Shown here in pieces: positions 1-11,058 of a stretch of 64,000 nucleotides of DNA (the stretch's first letter is position 1; every line of letters starts with the position of its first letter). A program made the position numbers and the translations under genes. Below the pieces are notes generated by a model. It searched no databases. It saw only the letters and a list, made by a program, of their open reading frames with translations, and had not been told where the DNA came from. Origin of the DNA: an uncultured bacterium (GTDB taxonomy: Bacteria; Verrucomicrobiota; Verrucomicrobiia; CAIQCK01); contig CAIQCK010000121.1 of NCBI GenBank assembly GCA_903870275.1, positions 192,461 to 256,460 on the forward strand, read 5' to 3'.

Positions 1-2
1 GC

Positions 3-3000
3 CAGTTGATCGCCGCCGGCAGCGACTTCAACATGGTTGACACCGGTTCGGGCGAGGCGATAGTCAACGTTCAGGACGCCGCCACGGTGCAGATCTTGAA
101 ACTCCGTATGGCCAGGGGCGCCAACGCCATCGCTGTGTTCAACCAGAGCGGCGGCACTGTCCAGAGCATCAATGGTGGCACTGACTGGAACATTGGTGAG
201 ATCGCGGGCGGCTACGGCTACTACAATCTCAGCGGTGGTGTGCTGTCTGACACGAATGCGAACTTCCGCATCGGCGTGGGCGGCTGGGGTGAGATGGACA
301 TCACTGGCGGCACGTTCATCAACGCGAGCAACACCTCGGCGGGCTTTGGCGCCGGCATCATCGGCGTCTTCAATATCATGGGCGGCACCATGATCCAGAC
401 CACCAACCGCCTCGTCGCGGGCGATACTAACGGCACCATCGGCGTGGTCAGCGTGGGCAAGGGCGGCGTGATCAATGCGACCGGCGGCGGCCTCAAGCTC
501 GGCTGGAGCACGGGCGCGACCGGCATCTTCAACCTGCTCAGCGGCGGCACGCTCATCACGCCGATCGTGGAGCAGGGTTCCGGCAGCAACGATGTCTTCA
601 ATTTCAACGGCGGCGTGCTCAAAGCGGCGACCGCCAATTCCACCTTCGCCTTCACCAACGGCGGCACGGCCATCATTTACAGCGGCGGCGCGATCATTGA
701 CGCCACCAACCTCAGCATGACCATCGTGCAATCGTTGCTGGGGGCGACCGGCTTTGGCATCACGAACATCTCCGTGGCCTACGGCGGCGCGGGCTATACG
801 GCGCCGCCGATCGTCTTGATTCTCGGCAGCGGCAGCAACGCCACCGCCTACGCGCAGATTGACACCAACCCGGCTGACGCGACCTACGGCCAGGTGACCA
901 ACATCGTCGTGACCAACCCCGGCATGGGCTACAACGCCAGCAACACGGTCGTGGAGTTTATTGAACCTGGACTCTCAGGCCAGGGCGGCCCGACCTACGG
1001 GGCGCTGGCCGGCACGGCGTTGCTGGGCACCAACCTTGACGGCGGCCTGATCAAAAACGGCTACGGCGCGTTGACGCTGGCCGCCACGAACAACTACAGC
1101 GGCGCGACCCTCGTTAACGCCGGCTCGTTGGTGCTGGCATTCACCAACAACCTCGGCGGCGCACTCGGCTCCCTCGGCACCAATACGCTGACCTTGGCCG
1201 GCAACGCCGTGTCCATCGGCACAACGAACGTCCTGAGCCAGTCCTTCCTCGACTGGCTCAACGGCCGCATCAGTTCGAATTTCGGCGGTGCAGTGGTGTT
1301 GTCGGTGAACAGTTCCAGCAACCTGGCGTTCACGGGCAGCCGTCTGACCAACGCCTACCTCGGCAGCGCCTCGCTCAGCCCGGTGGTCTTCAGCGGCGCG
1401 GTGACCAACTGGGGCGATGCCGGCGGCGATGTCCGCCTCGGCGGCGGTTCGGGCTGGCTGGTTTACCAGCCCACGATTGGCGGCACCACCAACGTCTTCA
1501 TCGGCCCGGTCGGCGGCGATCCGCTCAGCACGGTTCAACTGTCCGGCACCAACACCTTCACCGCGCCGATCTGGGTCCAGTCGGGCTTCCTGGCGGTCAG
1601 CAACGACATCAATCTCGGCTCGATCGGCAACGTCGTGAACCTGGCCAACGGCGCGGGCATCCGGGTCACCAACACCTATGCGTGGGCCGGCACCCGGCAG
1701 ATAGTGATCAACGGCGGCGGCAGCATCGACGTGGACAGCGGCAGCCTGCTGCTGATGAGCAACGTCATTAATGGCGCCGCCAGCGGGGCGACGCTGGCCA
1801 AGGTCGGACCCGGCACGCTCTATCTGCAGAACAATAACAATATCGTCGGCTACAACGGCGGCACCTTCATCAGCAACGGCACCATCAGCATTGACAGCGA
1901 GAGGGAGCTGGGCACCAATTCCGCCGTCAACGTTTTGGGCGGTGTCCTTCAGATTCGCGGCCTGACCATGGTCGCCTCCAACCTCAACAACCTGGCAATC
2001 AACTGGAGCAATTTCAACGGCGGGTTGGACATCAACAACAACGCCATGGTCCTCAACCTGACTAACAACCTCGCCGGCAACGGCAACCTGATCAAGACGG
2101 GCAACGGCCTGCTGGTCCTGAGCGGTAACAACACGGCACAGAACATGATCACCGTCGCCGGCGGCGCGTTGCAGATCAGCAACGGCTTGGCGCTGGCGGG
2201 CGGCGGCACGTGGGTCCAGACCAACGGACAGTTGCAACTGGCGGGCAATATTATCACGGCCGCCGAGCCGATATACCTCTTTGGCTCGGGCATGTTTGGC
2301 AACAACGACGGCGCGTTGCGCAACGTCTCCGGCGCCAACACCAATGCCGGCTCGATCACGCTCCTCGGCGCCGCCCGTGTCAACGCGGACACCAACACGC
2401 TCCTCGTGCAATCCGGCAACATCACCAACGCCGGCTACGCGCTGACCATCGGCGGTTTCGGCAACACGTTCGTCAGCGGTGTCATTAGTGGCTTGGGCGG
2501 CCTGACCAAGGATGGCTATGGCACGCTGACGCTCAGCAACACCAATGGCTTCACCGGCGGCGTGACGCTCAACAGCGGCCTGCTGGCTCTCGACTACACG
2601 CTGGCGGGCAGCCCGGTGGGCAACATCATCACCAATGCCAACTGGCTGGCGCTCAACGGTGGCGAGTTCCTGATCCGCGGCCAGAACACGGCGGGTGTCA
2701 CCACCCAGACGTTCGCCTACCTGGCGGAGGGTGCTCCGGCGGGCGGCACTGGCATAGACAGCCCGCAATTGGTCGTCAGTAACGGCACCAGCGGGAGCAT
2801 CGTGGTCAATGTCGGCGCCATTACCCGCTCGATCGGCAACGGCGTGGTGGACGTCGGCCTGCCGCAGAATGGCAGCATCATCACCACGACCACCAACAAC
2901 AACGCGGGTCTCCTCGCGGTGGGCAACGTGCTGGTCACCATCACCAACACAGACTTCGCCATGGTGACCAACATCAACGGTTCCCTGGTGGTGGCCAAAT

Positions 3001-6000
3001 TCAACGGCTATACGAACGTTGCGGGCGGCAACCTGATTGCCAATAACACCAACAGCGTCCTGGGCCTCTGGCAGGGCGCTGGCGGCAACATCACGATCGA
3101 CACCCAGACAACGGCCATCTACGCCATTGCGGCCACCAACACCGACCAGATGGCCACGATCAACGTTACCGGCGGCACCAATGCGTTGAACACGTTGAGA
3201 CTGGGCACCAACGGTGCGATCCTGCTCGCGCCGGTATCGCGCGGATTGACCATCGGCGCGTCGGTCAACGACGGTTTCCTGACGGCGGGTTCGACCAACG
3301 CGGCGGCGGGCGAAATCGTGTTGATCAACAACTCGGCCAACAACCTCGTCATCAACTCCTCCATCAACAGCAACGGCATCGGCGCGGTGGTGGTGACGGT
3401 GGACGGCAGCGGCGTGGTGAACATCAACGGCACCAACTTTTTCAACGGCCTTTATGTTAATTCCGGCACGGTGAGCGTCTCCAACACCACGATCCTCGCC
3501 GGCGCCAGTCCGCTGACGGTGCGCGGCGGCACGCTTATCGTCAGTGGCGCAAACAACAATTTTGGCGGCGGCAACATGGTCGTGGACGCCGGCCAGCTCA
3601 TTATCTCCAACACCATCACCACCGGCAACAACCTGTTTATCGGCAATGCCATCGGCGACCGCGGCGTGGTCCTCGTCTCGTCCAACTTCCTGGGTGGCGC
3701 CAACTCCCAGTTGGACTTGGGCTTCGTGGCCGGGTCAGCCGGCGCGGTGTATCAGACCGCCGGTATTGTTACCAATGGCGGCCTTAGCGATCTGTCCCTG
3801 AATGTGGGCACCATGGGCTACGGTTACTACCGCATGAGCGGTGGTGCGCTTGCGAGTGGCAGGGTTGAATTGGGTGAAGGCCTCGGCGGCAACGGCGTCT
3901 TCGACATGTTTGGCGGCACGGCGACCGGCTCAATCTACACCATCCTCGGCGCGGCGAGTGGCAGCGGCGACAAAGTCATGAATATTTTGGGCGGCATTTA
4001 TTCCCAAACGGCCGCCAACCAGTTTGTCTTCAACTTCTACGGCGGCGGCGGGTTGACCGTTCTGAACGTGGGCGGCAGCGGCACTGTCAGCGCGCTCGGC
4101 ACCATCAACATGAACCAGGGCGGCAGCATGACGAACTACTCCGTCATCAACCTGTTGCCGGGCGGCGTACTCACCGTGGGTGGCATCACCGCCAGCAGCC
4201 CACAGGGTGCCGGCAACGCCCTGCTTAATTTCAACGGCGGCTTGTTGCAGGCCAGTGCCGCCTCGGCCGGCTTCATCACGAACATCGCCCCGGCGTTCGT
4301 TTACACCGGCGGCGCCATCATCGACTCCAGCAATTTCAGCATCAGCGCCATGGTGCCGTTGGTGGCGCCGGCCGGTTATGGCGTGACCAACATCGCCATC
4401 GCCAACGGCGGCGTGGGTTACATCGGCGCGCCCATCGTCCAGATCAACGGCGGCAGCGGCATGGGCGCCACGGCCATTGCCATTGTGGATCTGACGACGG
4501 GTGATTCGCGCTACGGCCAGGTGACCAACATTGTCATCACCAGCTACGGTTCCGGCTACCAGTCCAATGACGCCTTGAGCATCAACCTGGTCGGCGGCGG
4601 CGCGCTCCAGGCGGCCCAGCTGGGCACGTTCTCCTTCGGCACGAACAGCGCCGCCGGCGGTTTGGTCAAACTGGGCGCCGGCATGCTGACCCTTGCTGGC
4701 AACAACACCTACGGCGGCTCGACCATCATCAGCAACGGCACTTTGCAGGTCGGCATCAACGGCAACAGCGGCACGCTCGGCGTCGGCGGGGTCCTCGATT
4801 ACGGCACGCTGATCTTCTCCCGCGGCGATACGGTTTACACCAACAGCGCGCCCATTGACGGCACTGGCGCGGTCATCAACAACGGCACCGGCATGGTGAC
4901 GCTGGCCGGACTGAACACCTACAGCGGCGGCACGTGGATCAGCAACGGCGTGTTGCAGTTTAACAGCCCGAACAGCATACCCACCTCGGGCGGATTGATC
5001 GCGATCGCTACCAATGGTGTCGCGGCGTTGAACTTCGCCGGCATCCAGAACACTCTCAACACCTACTTTGACCCGAACAACACCTTCGGCACCATCGCCT
5101 TGACGACGAACAGCGCCAACGACAGCGTAATAGATCTAAGCACGGTTCCTTCCACCAACTTCTTCCTGGGCGCGTTGGGCGTGGTGAACTTCACCGGTTC
5201 CCTCGTGGCCAACGGCAACAGCATCTACCAGCTCGGCGGCGGCGGCGGCGTTCTGACCATCACCAGTGTTTTGACTGACGGCGGCTTGAATCAAAACGGC
5301 GTCGTCATCGGCGGCGCGAGTCCGGTCGGCGTCGTCTGGCTCCAGGGCACCAACACCTATGGCGGCGGCACGTTCATCAACGGCGGCGTGTTGCGGGCTG
5401 ACGAAGGTGTGGGCTTGTCGCCCTTCGGCAACCTCGTCATCAACGGCGGCGTCCTGGAGATCAGCACCAACTTCGTTCGGCCCCTCGGCAACATCTCCGG
5501 CGCCGACGTGGTTCAGGTAATCGGCGGCGGCGGCTTCAGCTCCTATGGCGGCACGGGCGCGGTCGTCAACATCGGCGGCGGCGGGATATTGAGCTGGGGC
5601 TCCGCCAACTTCAACCCGACCAACCTTATCTTGAACGCTGCCACGGCGAGCACCAACCTGACCTTTGCCAACGGCCTGAACCTTGGCGCCAATAATCGCA
5701 CCGTCAGCGTTTATTCGCTCACCGCGCCCGTCACCATCAGCGGCAACATCACCAACGGTTCTTTCAGCAAGAGCGGGCCGGGCACGCTGGTGCTGACGGG
5801 TAACAACGGCAATGGTGCCACCTACATCGACGGCGGCACGCTCCAGATCGGCGTCAACAACACGCTGCTGACCAACAGCATGATTGCCTTTGGCGATGTC
5901 ACCAACAATCCCAACGGCGGTGGCACACTCGACCTCAGCCTCTTCAATCAGACCGTCGGCACGCTGAGCGTCCAGACGACCAACAGCTTGGTTACCAATA

Positions 6001-9000
6001 GCATTATCATCGGCGCCGGCCACCAGTTGACCGTTCTCGGCAACGTGGTCATGGGTGTCAATGCGACTGCGGGAGCGCCGACCAACGGTGGAATTGGGAA
6101 TATGGTCATCAGCGGCGCGGGCAGCCTTGTGGTCACTGGCAACTCCTTCCGGGTGAGCGCGCTGGATTCGGCGCTCTCGGGTGGCGACAGGATGCTTCTC
6201 GATATGTCCGGATTGCCTGCGGCCACGATCAACTTGGGCGCCACGGGCTTGTTCCAAGTGGGTGATACGCAAACGAACTATGCCGGCGACGACACCTCCA
6301 CGGTGCTTCTGGCAAGCAATACCACGATCATTGCGGGCAACCTCAAGCTGGGACCCGGCGGTCGGGTTCCTGTTGGCGCGTTGTTCTGTCCTGTCCAGTC
6401 GCTGAGACTCGGCGGTGGCACCAACATTCTCAATGTCACCGTCATCAACCTCGGTTCGGACTCGAATTGCGAGGGCGGCTCCATCGTGTTCAATTTACCG
6501 ACGGGCACCCTGACCATCCGCGGCACCGATGGTGTCAGTCGCGCGGCGCTGAATATCGGCGCCGGCACCGCAACCGCGGGCGGGTCTGTGAGCAACGTCT
6601 TCGACGTGACGGGCCATAATGCCGACCTGTCGCTCGGCATGCTGACGATAGGCGGTCAGCCGCGCGGCGGCGCCGTGACCAACCTCTTTGCGTTCGACAC
6701 AGGCACGTTGAATATCGTCGGATTGAGGATCGGCGATCGCACCAACGTGGGCAGCGCCCCCTATACGAATACCGCCGCTTCCATTGTCAATATCGGCGGC
6801 GGGACGGTGACCATAGGCAGCAGCGGCGTGGTCATGGGCATCAACGTCAGCACGGCGCAATACGGCATCAACACAGCCGTCCTGAATATCACCAACGGCA
6901 TTGTCAACATCACCAACGGCATTTCCATGCTGACCCAGAGCAGCACCGTTAGCGCCGTCAGCAGCACGGTCAGCATCAGCGGAGGCATCGTCACGCTGGG
7001 CAGCAACATCATTACCGGCACGTCGGTGGCCGGTGGCGCGGCCCGCTCGGCCACGCTGAACCTCACCGGCGGCACACTCAACATGGGCGGTTACGCCATC
7101 GGCACTAACAACGCATGGATTGACAACGTCAACATCCAGGGCGGCACGCTCATGAACGTGTCGCAGATCAATACGGCGACGCCTTATGCCATTGTCAAGA
7201 CCAACACCGCTGTCCTCACGCTCGCCGGCAGCAATGCCTACACTGGCGCGACGGTTATCAACAACGGCACGTTTGTACTCGCCGGTTACTCCACTGGCTT
7301 CGGCGCGCTGACGGTTGGAGGCGCGGCCATGAACGTGACCGGAGGCACCGGCTATTACAACAATGTCACCCTCAATGGCGGGACGGTCTTGAACCTCCCC
7401 ACCGGCAGCTTGTTCCGGTTCACCAACACGTTCATGAACGGTTTGGGGTCGACGGTGGCGTTGCTCGGCGGCGTGTTGACCAATTCCGCGAGCACGGATG
7501 TTCTGACCAACTTCGGCACGATATATGGTACCGGAATCCTCGGCATGTTCTTGAACAACCAGCAGAGCGGCATCCTCGAGGCCACGGGCGGTGTGCTGGA
7601 GCTGACAATGGGATTCACGAATGCCGTCAACTATGGCTTGCTGGAGGCGTTCGGCACCGGTTCGGTCCTGAAGATTGACCAGGTGTTCAACAACTACGGC
7701 TCGATTTTCGTCACCAACGGCGGCTCGGTGGTGATAGGCGGTATCATCAACAACACCAACCTGGTCCTCAACAACACCACCGGGACCTTCGGAAGCCTTC
7801 AGAACAATGGCAGCATTATCGTGACCAATGGCGGCACGCTCAACGTGACTGGTAGCACGACGAACAACGGCTCGATCACGGTGGATGCCGGCAGCAGCGC
7901 CCAGTTTGACTACACGCTGACTCCTTACTCCACGAACATTTTCCTCGGAACGATCCGGTTCGCCGGCGATTTCGTCAACCAGTCGGTCATCAATACGAAC
8001 AACAACTTCAACGGCACGTTTATCTTCAACGGCACGTCGAATCCGGCGGTCGTCAAGACGCAGCAATTCGAGGTGGCCAGTCTGCCGGTGGGCACGAACC
8101 TGATTGCCACGACCAACTTCTTCGTCGGGACGTTCCAGGTGGGCGACCCGACGACGGGCAGCAACGGCTATGTCCAATTGGTGGACAACTATGACAATGG
8201 GTGGACGAACGTCCCCTTAAACCAGATCCTGGCGACCAGCAACCTCATTATCGCCCTCAGCAGTTCAGTCCTCGACTGGAACAACCGCAGCGGCTTCACC
8301 TACAACCTCAGCAACAGCGGCACGATGTTGTGGACCAACGCCGGCAACCCGGCGGGCGTATTCCTGCGGTTGGACGTGGTGAACACGTTCACCAACATGG
8401 GCACGATGAAGATCGGCAACGGCACGGTGCTGCAGCTCTCCAACGAATTCCTCAATGCCTCGACGGGCATTCTGAATCTGTTCAGCGGTGGCGTGCTGAC
8501 CAACTTCGCTGTCGGCGGCGTCCTGACCAACTCAGGCACGATCTACGGCGATGGCCTCGTGGCACCCGCTCTTTCCAACGGCGTCGGCAGCGTGGTGACG
8601 GCCAACGCCGGCACGCTGGTGCTCGGCGGCGGCATCGTCAACAGCGTCAACTACGGCGCGCTGGGCACGACCAACGCCGGCACGCTGGCCATCAACAATG
8701 CGACGCTGACCAACACTGCGGGTGCCACCATTGGCCTGCAGGGTGGCACCTTCACCCTGACGGGAGGAGGCGCCAGCAACGTCGTCAATCAAGGCACGAT
8801 TTCGGGCTTTGGCACGCATGCTGCCGTGGTGGACAACCAGGCGGGCGCGTCCATCATCGCCACCGGCGGCGTGCTGAATTTGACAGGTGGATTCAACAAC
8901 AACGCCGGCGCGGCGATTAACGCCGGCCTGCTGGCGGCGATGGGCGCGAGCGCGCAGTTGAATATCGCGCAGGCGTTCACCAACGTCGGCACGATCTCGC

Positions 9001-9995
9001 TCGGCAACGGCACGCTGACGGCCCCGAGCGTGAACAACGCCGGAAGCATTCTCGGCTACGGCACGTTCAACGCGGCGCTGAACAACACCGGCGGCGTCAC
9101 CAACAACGCCAGCGGTCGGACGCTGACGTTCATCCAGCCGGTCAACAACAACGTGGGCGGAGCGATCTCGGCGTTGAATAACAGCAGCCTGGCGTTCAAC
9201 AACGCGCTGCTCAACAGCGGCTCGATCACCGTGCAGGATCAGAGCACGGCGGCGTTCGCCGGCGCGGTGACCAACGCGGGCACGATCACGGTGCAGAACC
9301 AGAGCCTGCTGACGTTCAACGCGGGCCTGACCAACAACGGCACGCTGGCGTATGGGCCGGCGGTGAACCCCTCGACGACGATTGTCAATGGCAGCCTGAC
9401 GCTGGGCACGGGCGGCATCATCGCGATGGGCGGGCTCACCAACAACACGCTGGTGGTGCAGGGCAACTTCGTCAACAACAGCACCAACAACAACAGCTTC
9501 AACATGGCCAGCGGCGTGATGACGTTTGGCGCGGCGGGATCGCTGGCGACGAACACGTTTGAGGTGGCGGGCCGGAACCTGGGGACGAACTTCGCCGGGT
9601 TCAACAACAACTTTGCCGTGGGCACGCTGAACATGACCAACGCCATCCGGTTTGTGGATTACGTTAACAACGGCGGCGGGGGCAACTCCAACGAGGTGTT
9701 GTATGTGGACGTGCTGCACCTGTTCAACGGGGCAACGATGAAGTTGAGCGCGCTGACGATCTACGTCGGGTTGAACTTCATCTACGAGGATAGCAACGGC
9801 GTCAAGACGTTCAGCAGCGGCGTCATCAATCAGGCCAATGCGGCAAGCCTTGGCTTGTTGAATGCGACCTTTGACAACGGCGGCGAGATCGTGTTTGTGC
9901 CGGAGCCTTCGACGTATGCGCTGATGGGCCTGGGTCTGGCGGGCTTGGCGGGCTGGCGGCGGTGGAGAAAGAAAGACGGCAAGCGGCAAGCGTAG
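3..9995 (+). CDS. Giant PEP-CTERM surface protein with autotransporter-associated beta-strand (PATR) repeats; 5'-truncated by the window edge
   Basis: Frame is open from the first codon. G/N/T-rich, with many LxKxGxGxLTLxGxNTYxGxTxxxxG repeats. C-terminal VPEPSTYALMGLGLAGLAGWRRWRKK (PEP motif, TM helix, basic tail). Confidence 0.92.
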   Translation, partial: QLIAAGSDFNMVDTGSGEAIVNVQDAATVQILKLRMARGANAIAVFNQSGGTVQSINGGTDWNIGEIAGGYGYYNLSGGVLSDTNANFRIGVGGWGEMDITGGTFINASNTSAGFGAGIIGVFNIMGGTMIQTTNRLVAGDTNGTIGVVSVGKGGVINATGGGLKLGWSTGATGIFNLLSGGTLITPIVEQGSGSNDVFNFNGGVLKAATANSTFAFTNGGTAIIYSGGAIIDATNLSMTIVQSLLGATGFGITNISVAYGGAGYTAPPIVLILGSGSNATAYAQIDTNPADATYGQVTNIVVTNPGMGYNASNTVVEFIEPGLSGQGGPTYGALAGTALLGTNLDGGLIKNGYGALTLAATNNYSGATLVNAGSLVLAFTNNLGGALGSLGTNTLTLAGNAVSIGTTNVLSQSFLDWLNGRISSNFGGAVVLSVNSSSNLAFTGSRLTNAYLGSASLSPVVFSGAVTNWGDAGGDVRLGGGSGWLVYQPTIGGTTNVFIGPVGGDPLSTVQLSGTNTFTAPIWVQSGFLAVSNDINLGSIGNVVNLANGAGIRVTNTYAWAGTRQIVINGGGSIDVDSGSLLLMSNVINGAASGATLAKVGPGTLYLQNNNNIVGYNGGTFISNGTISIDSERELGTNSAVNVLGGVLQIRGLTMVASNLNNLAINWSNFNGGLDINNNAMVLNLTNNLAGNGNLIKTGNGLLVLSGNNTAQNMITVAGGALQISNGLALAGGGTWVQTNGQLQLAGNIITAAEPIYLFGSGMFGNNDGALRNVSGANTNAGSITLLGAARVNADTNTLLVQSGNITNAGYALTIGGFGNTFVSGVISGLGGLTKDGYGTLTLSNTNGFTGGVTLNSGLLALDYTLAGSPVGNIITNANWLALNGGEFLIRGQNTAGVTTQTFAYLAEGAPAGGTGIDSPQLVVSNGTSGSIVVNVGAITRSIGNGVVDVGLPQNGSIITTTTNNNAGLLAVGNVLVTITNTDFAMVTNINGSLVVAKFNGYTNVAGGNLIANNTNSVLGLWQGAGGNITIDTQTTAIYAIAATNTDQMATINVTGGTNALNTLRLGTNGAILLAPVSRGLTIGASVNDGFLTAGSTNAAAGEIVLINNSANNLVINSSINSNGIGAVVVTVDGSGVVNINGTNFFNGLYVNSGTVSVSNTTILAGASPLTVRGGTLIVSGANNNFGGGNMVVDAGQLIISNTITTGNNLFIGNAIGDRGVVLVSSNFLGGANSQLDLGFVAGSAGAVYQTAGIVTNGGLSDLSLNVGTMGYGYYRMSGGALASGRVELGEGLGGNGVFDMFGGTATGSIYTILGAASGSGDKVMNILGGIYSQTAANQFVFNFYGGGGLTVLNVGGSGTVSALGTINMNQGGSMTNYSVINLLPGGVLTVGGITASSPQGAGNALLNFNGGLLQASAASAGFITNIAPAFVYTGGAIIDSSNFSISAMVPLVAPAGYGVTNIAIANGGVGYIGAPIVQINGGSGMGATAIAIVDLTTGDSRYGQVTNIVITSYGSGYQSNDALSINLVGGGALQAAQLGTFSFGTNSAAGGLVKLGAGMLTLAGNNTYGGSTIISNGTLQVGINGNSGTLGVGGVLDYGTLIFSRGDTVYTNSAPIDGTGAVINNGTGMVTLAGLNTYSGGTWISNGVLQFNSPNSIPTSGGLIAIATNGVAALNFAGIQNTLNTYFDPNNTFGTIALTTNSANDSVIDLSTVPSTNFFLGALGVVNFTGSLVANGNSIYQLGGGGGVLTITSVLTDGGLNQNGVVIGGASPVGVVWLQGTNTYGGGTFINGGVLRADEGVGLSPFGNLVINGGVLEISTNFVRPLGNISGADVVQVIGGGGFSSYGGTGAVVNIGGGGILSWGSANFNPTNLILNAATASTNLTFANGLNLGANNRTVSVYSLTAPVTISGNITNGSFSKSGPGTLVLTGNNGNGATYIDGGTLQIGVNNTLLTNSMIAFGDVTNNPNGGGTLDLSLFNQTVGTLSVQTTNSLVTNSIIIGAGHQLTVLGNVVMGVNATAGAPTNGGIGNMVISGAGSLVVTGNSFRVSALDSALSGGDRMLLDMSGLPAATINLGATGLFQVGDTQTNYAGDDTSTVLLASNTTIIAGNLKLGPGGRVPVGALFCPVQSLRLGGGTNILNVTVINLGSDSNCEGGSIVFNLPTGTLTIRGTDGVSRAALNIGAGTATAGGSVSNVFDVTGHNADLSLGMLTIGGQPRGGAVTNLFAFDTGTLNIVGLRIGDRTNVGSAPYTNTAASIVNIGGGTVTIGSSGVVMGINVSTAQYGINTAVLNITNGIVNITNGISMLTQSSTVSAVSSTVSISGGIVTLGSNIITGTSVAGGAARSATLNLTGGTLNMGGYAIGTNNAWIDNVNIQGGTLMNVSQINTATPYAIVKTNTAVLTLAGSNAYTGATVINNGTFVLAGYSTGFGALTVGGAAMNVTGGTGYYNNVTLNGGTVLNLPTGSLFRFTNTFMNGLGSTVALLGGVLTNSASTDVLTNFGTIYGTGILGMFLNNQQSGILEATGGVLELTMGFTNAVNYGLLEAFGTGSVLKIDQVFNNYGSIFVTNGGSVVIGGIINNTNLVLNNTTGTFGSLQNNGSIIVTNGGTLNVTGSTTNNGSITVDAGSSAQFDYTLTPYSTNIFLGTIRFAGDFVNQSVINTNNNFNGTFIFNGTSNPAVVKTQQFEVASLPVGTNLIATTNFFVGTFQVGDPTTGSNGYVQLVDNYDNGWTNVPLNQILATSNLIIALSSSVLDWNNRSGFTYNLSNSGTMLWTNAGNPAGVFLRLDVVNTFTNMGTMKIGNGTVLQLSNEFLNASTGILNLFSGGVLTNFAVGGVLTNSGTIYGDGLVAPALSNGVGSVVTANAGTLVLGGGIVNSVNYGALGTTNAGTLAINNATLTNTAGATIGLQGGTFTLTGGGASNVVNQGTISGFGTHAAVVDNQAGASIIATGGVLNLTGGFNNNAGAAINAGLLAAMGASAQLNIAQAFTNVGTISLGNGTLTAPSVNNAGSILGYGTFNAALNNTGGVTNNASGRTLTFIQPVNNNVGGAISALNNSSLAFNNALLNSGSITVQDQSTAAFAGAVTNAGTITVQNQSLLTFNAGLTNNGTLAYGPAVNPSTTIVNGSLTLGTGGIIAMGGLTNNTLVVQGNFVNNSTNNNSFNMASGVMTFGAAGSLATNTFEVAGRNLGTNFAGFNNNFAVGTLNMTNAIRFVDYVNNGGGGNSNEVLYVDVLHLFNGATMKLSALTIYVGLNFIYEDSNGVKTFSSGVINQANAASLGLLNATFDNGGEIVFVPEPSTYALMGLGLAGLAGWRRWRKKDGKRQA

Positions 9996-10028
9996 GAAGC
10001 ATCCGGCAGGAAGATTTCGCCAGTCTTG

Positions 10029-10913
10029 TCAGGGAAGTTTTACGGTGGGGGCAAAGAGCTGTTGGATGACGGGGTTGCCGGGGATGAAGAAACCCGACTG
10101 CATGGACATCCGGTAATCGCGTGGCGAGTAGCCATAGACCTTCCGGAACTTGTTGGAGAAGTGATACGGCGAGACGAAGCCGGCCGCGTCGGCGATTTCC
10201 CGGACAGGCAGGTTCGTGCGCACCAGCAACGCAGCCGCCCGCTCCAATCGCGCCAACCCCGCGCATTCCAGCGGTCCCATGTTGAGATGCCGGCGGAACA
10301 GGCGGCAGAGATGCTCCGGCGTGACGTGCGCGGCGCGGGCGAGATGCCCCAAGGTGAGAGGCGCGGGCGGATCCTGCACGAGCGCCTTGCGAATCGCGGC
10401 CAGCGATTTCTGCACGGCCGGCGGAAAATCCTCGTGTGGCTCGGAGACAATCGCCGTTCGCCCTGACAAAAAACTTTGCAGCATCAAAGTTACTGCCGAT
10501 TCCACCAACTGCGGCGGGGTCGTTGGCGCGCCGCTCGCCAGGCCGATGACGTAGCGGAACAATGGCCGCAGGATATCCTCGCTCGCGATCTGGCGGACGA
10601 CGGGCCACTGGTTCAGCGGCGGCCAGCCGGGGGCGGAGTAGTCGAAGCTGAAATGAAGGAAGGCGTGGATGGTTCGCGTGCGGACGTCCCAGTCGAATCG
10701 TTGAGTCATTCCCGGCCGTCCCAGCCAAATCGCACCCGGCGGCGCTTCGAACCGATGCTGGTCCAGTTCCACTTTCGCGGAGCCTTCGATGATCCAGATG
10801 AACTCGAAGTCGTAAAGCAGCCGCGGCCCGAAGGTCGCTCCCGGCGGATAGCCGGCGATACCGGATTGCCCAAGCAAGAGATTGTCCATCAGCGCGCTGT
10901 GCATAGAGATCAA
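10029..10913 (-). CDS. AraC/XylS family transcriptional regulator
   Basis: N-terminal cupin-like sensing region; C-terminal double HTH (LARAAHVTPEHLCRLF...IADAAGFVSPYHFSNKFRKVYGYSPRDYR). Divergent from mtaC. Exact start uncertain. Confidence 0.92.
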   Translation of the reverse strand: MISMHSALMDNLLLGQSGIAGYPPGATFGPRLLYDFEFIWIIEGSAKVELDQHRFEAPPGAIWLGRPGMTQRFDWDVRTRTIHAFLHFSFDYSAPGWPPLNQWPVVRQIASEDILRPLFRYVIGLASGAPTTPPQLVESAVTLMLQSFLSGRTAIVSEPHEDFPPAVQKSLAAIRKALVQDPPAPLTLGHLARAAHVTPEHLCRLFRRHLNMGPLECAGLARLERAAALLVRTNLPVREIADAAGFVSPYHFSNKFRKVYGYSPRDYRMSMQSGFFIPGNPVIQQLFAPTVKLP

Positions 10914-11058
10914 TAACAGGAATGTTTGTGCAAGTCCTGGGCATTGTCAAGTTGCGCTGGAAACGCATATTCTCTCAGTAAATTCAGCGTAGTTGCGGAT
11001 GGTATGAGGAAACCCCGCGATATACGCCAAGTTAATAAGAGAAAAGGACAAACGGCTC

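Noticed and set aside
3-9995. Type V autotransporter
   Set aside because: No C-terminal beta-barrel ending in an aromatic residue; the protein ends in a PEP-CTERM sorting signal.
10914-11058. Cobalamin riboswitch upstream of mtaC
   Set aside because: The 145-bp region is short and shows no B12-box; it more likely holds divergent promoters and AraC sites.
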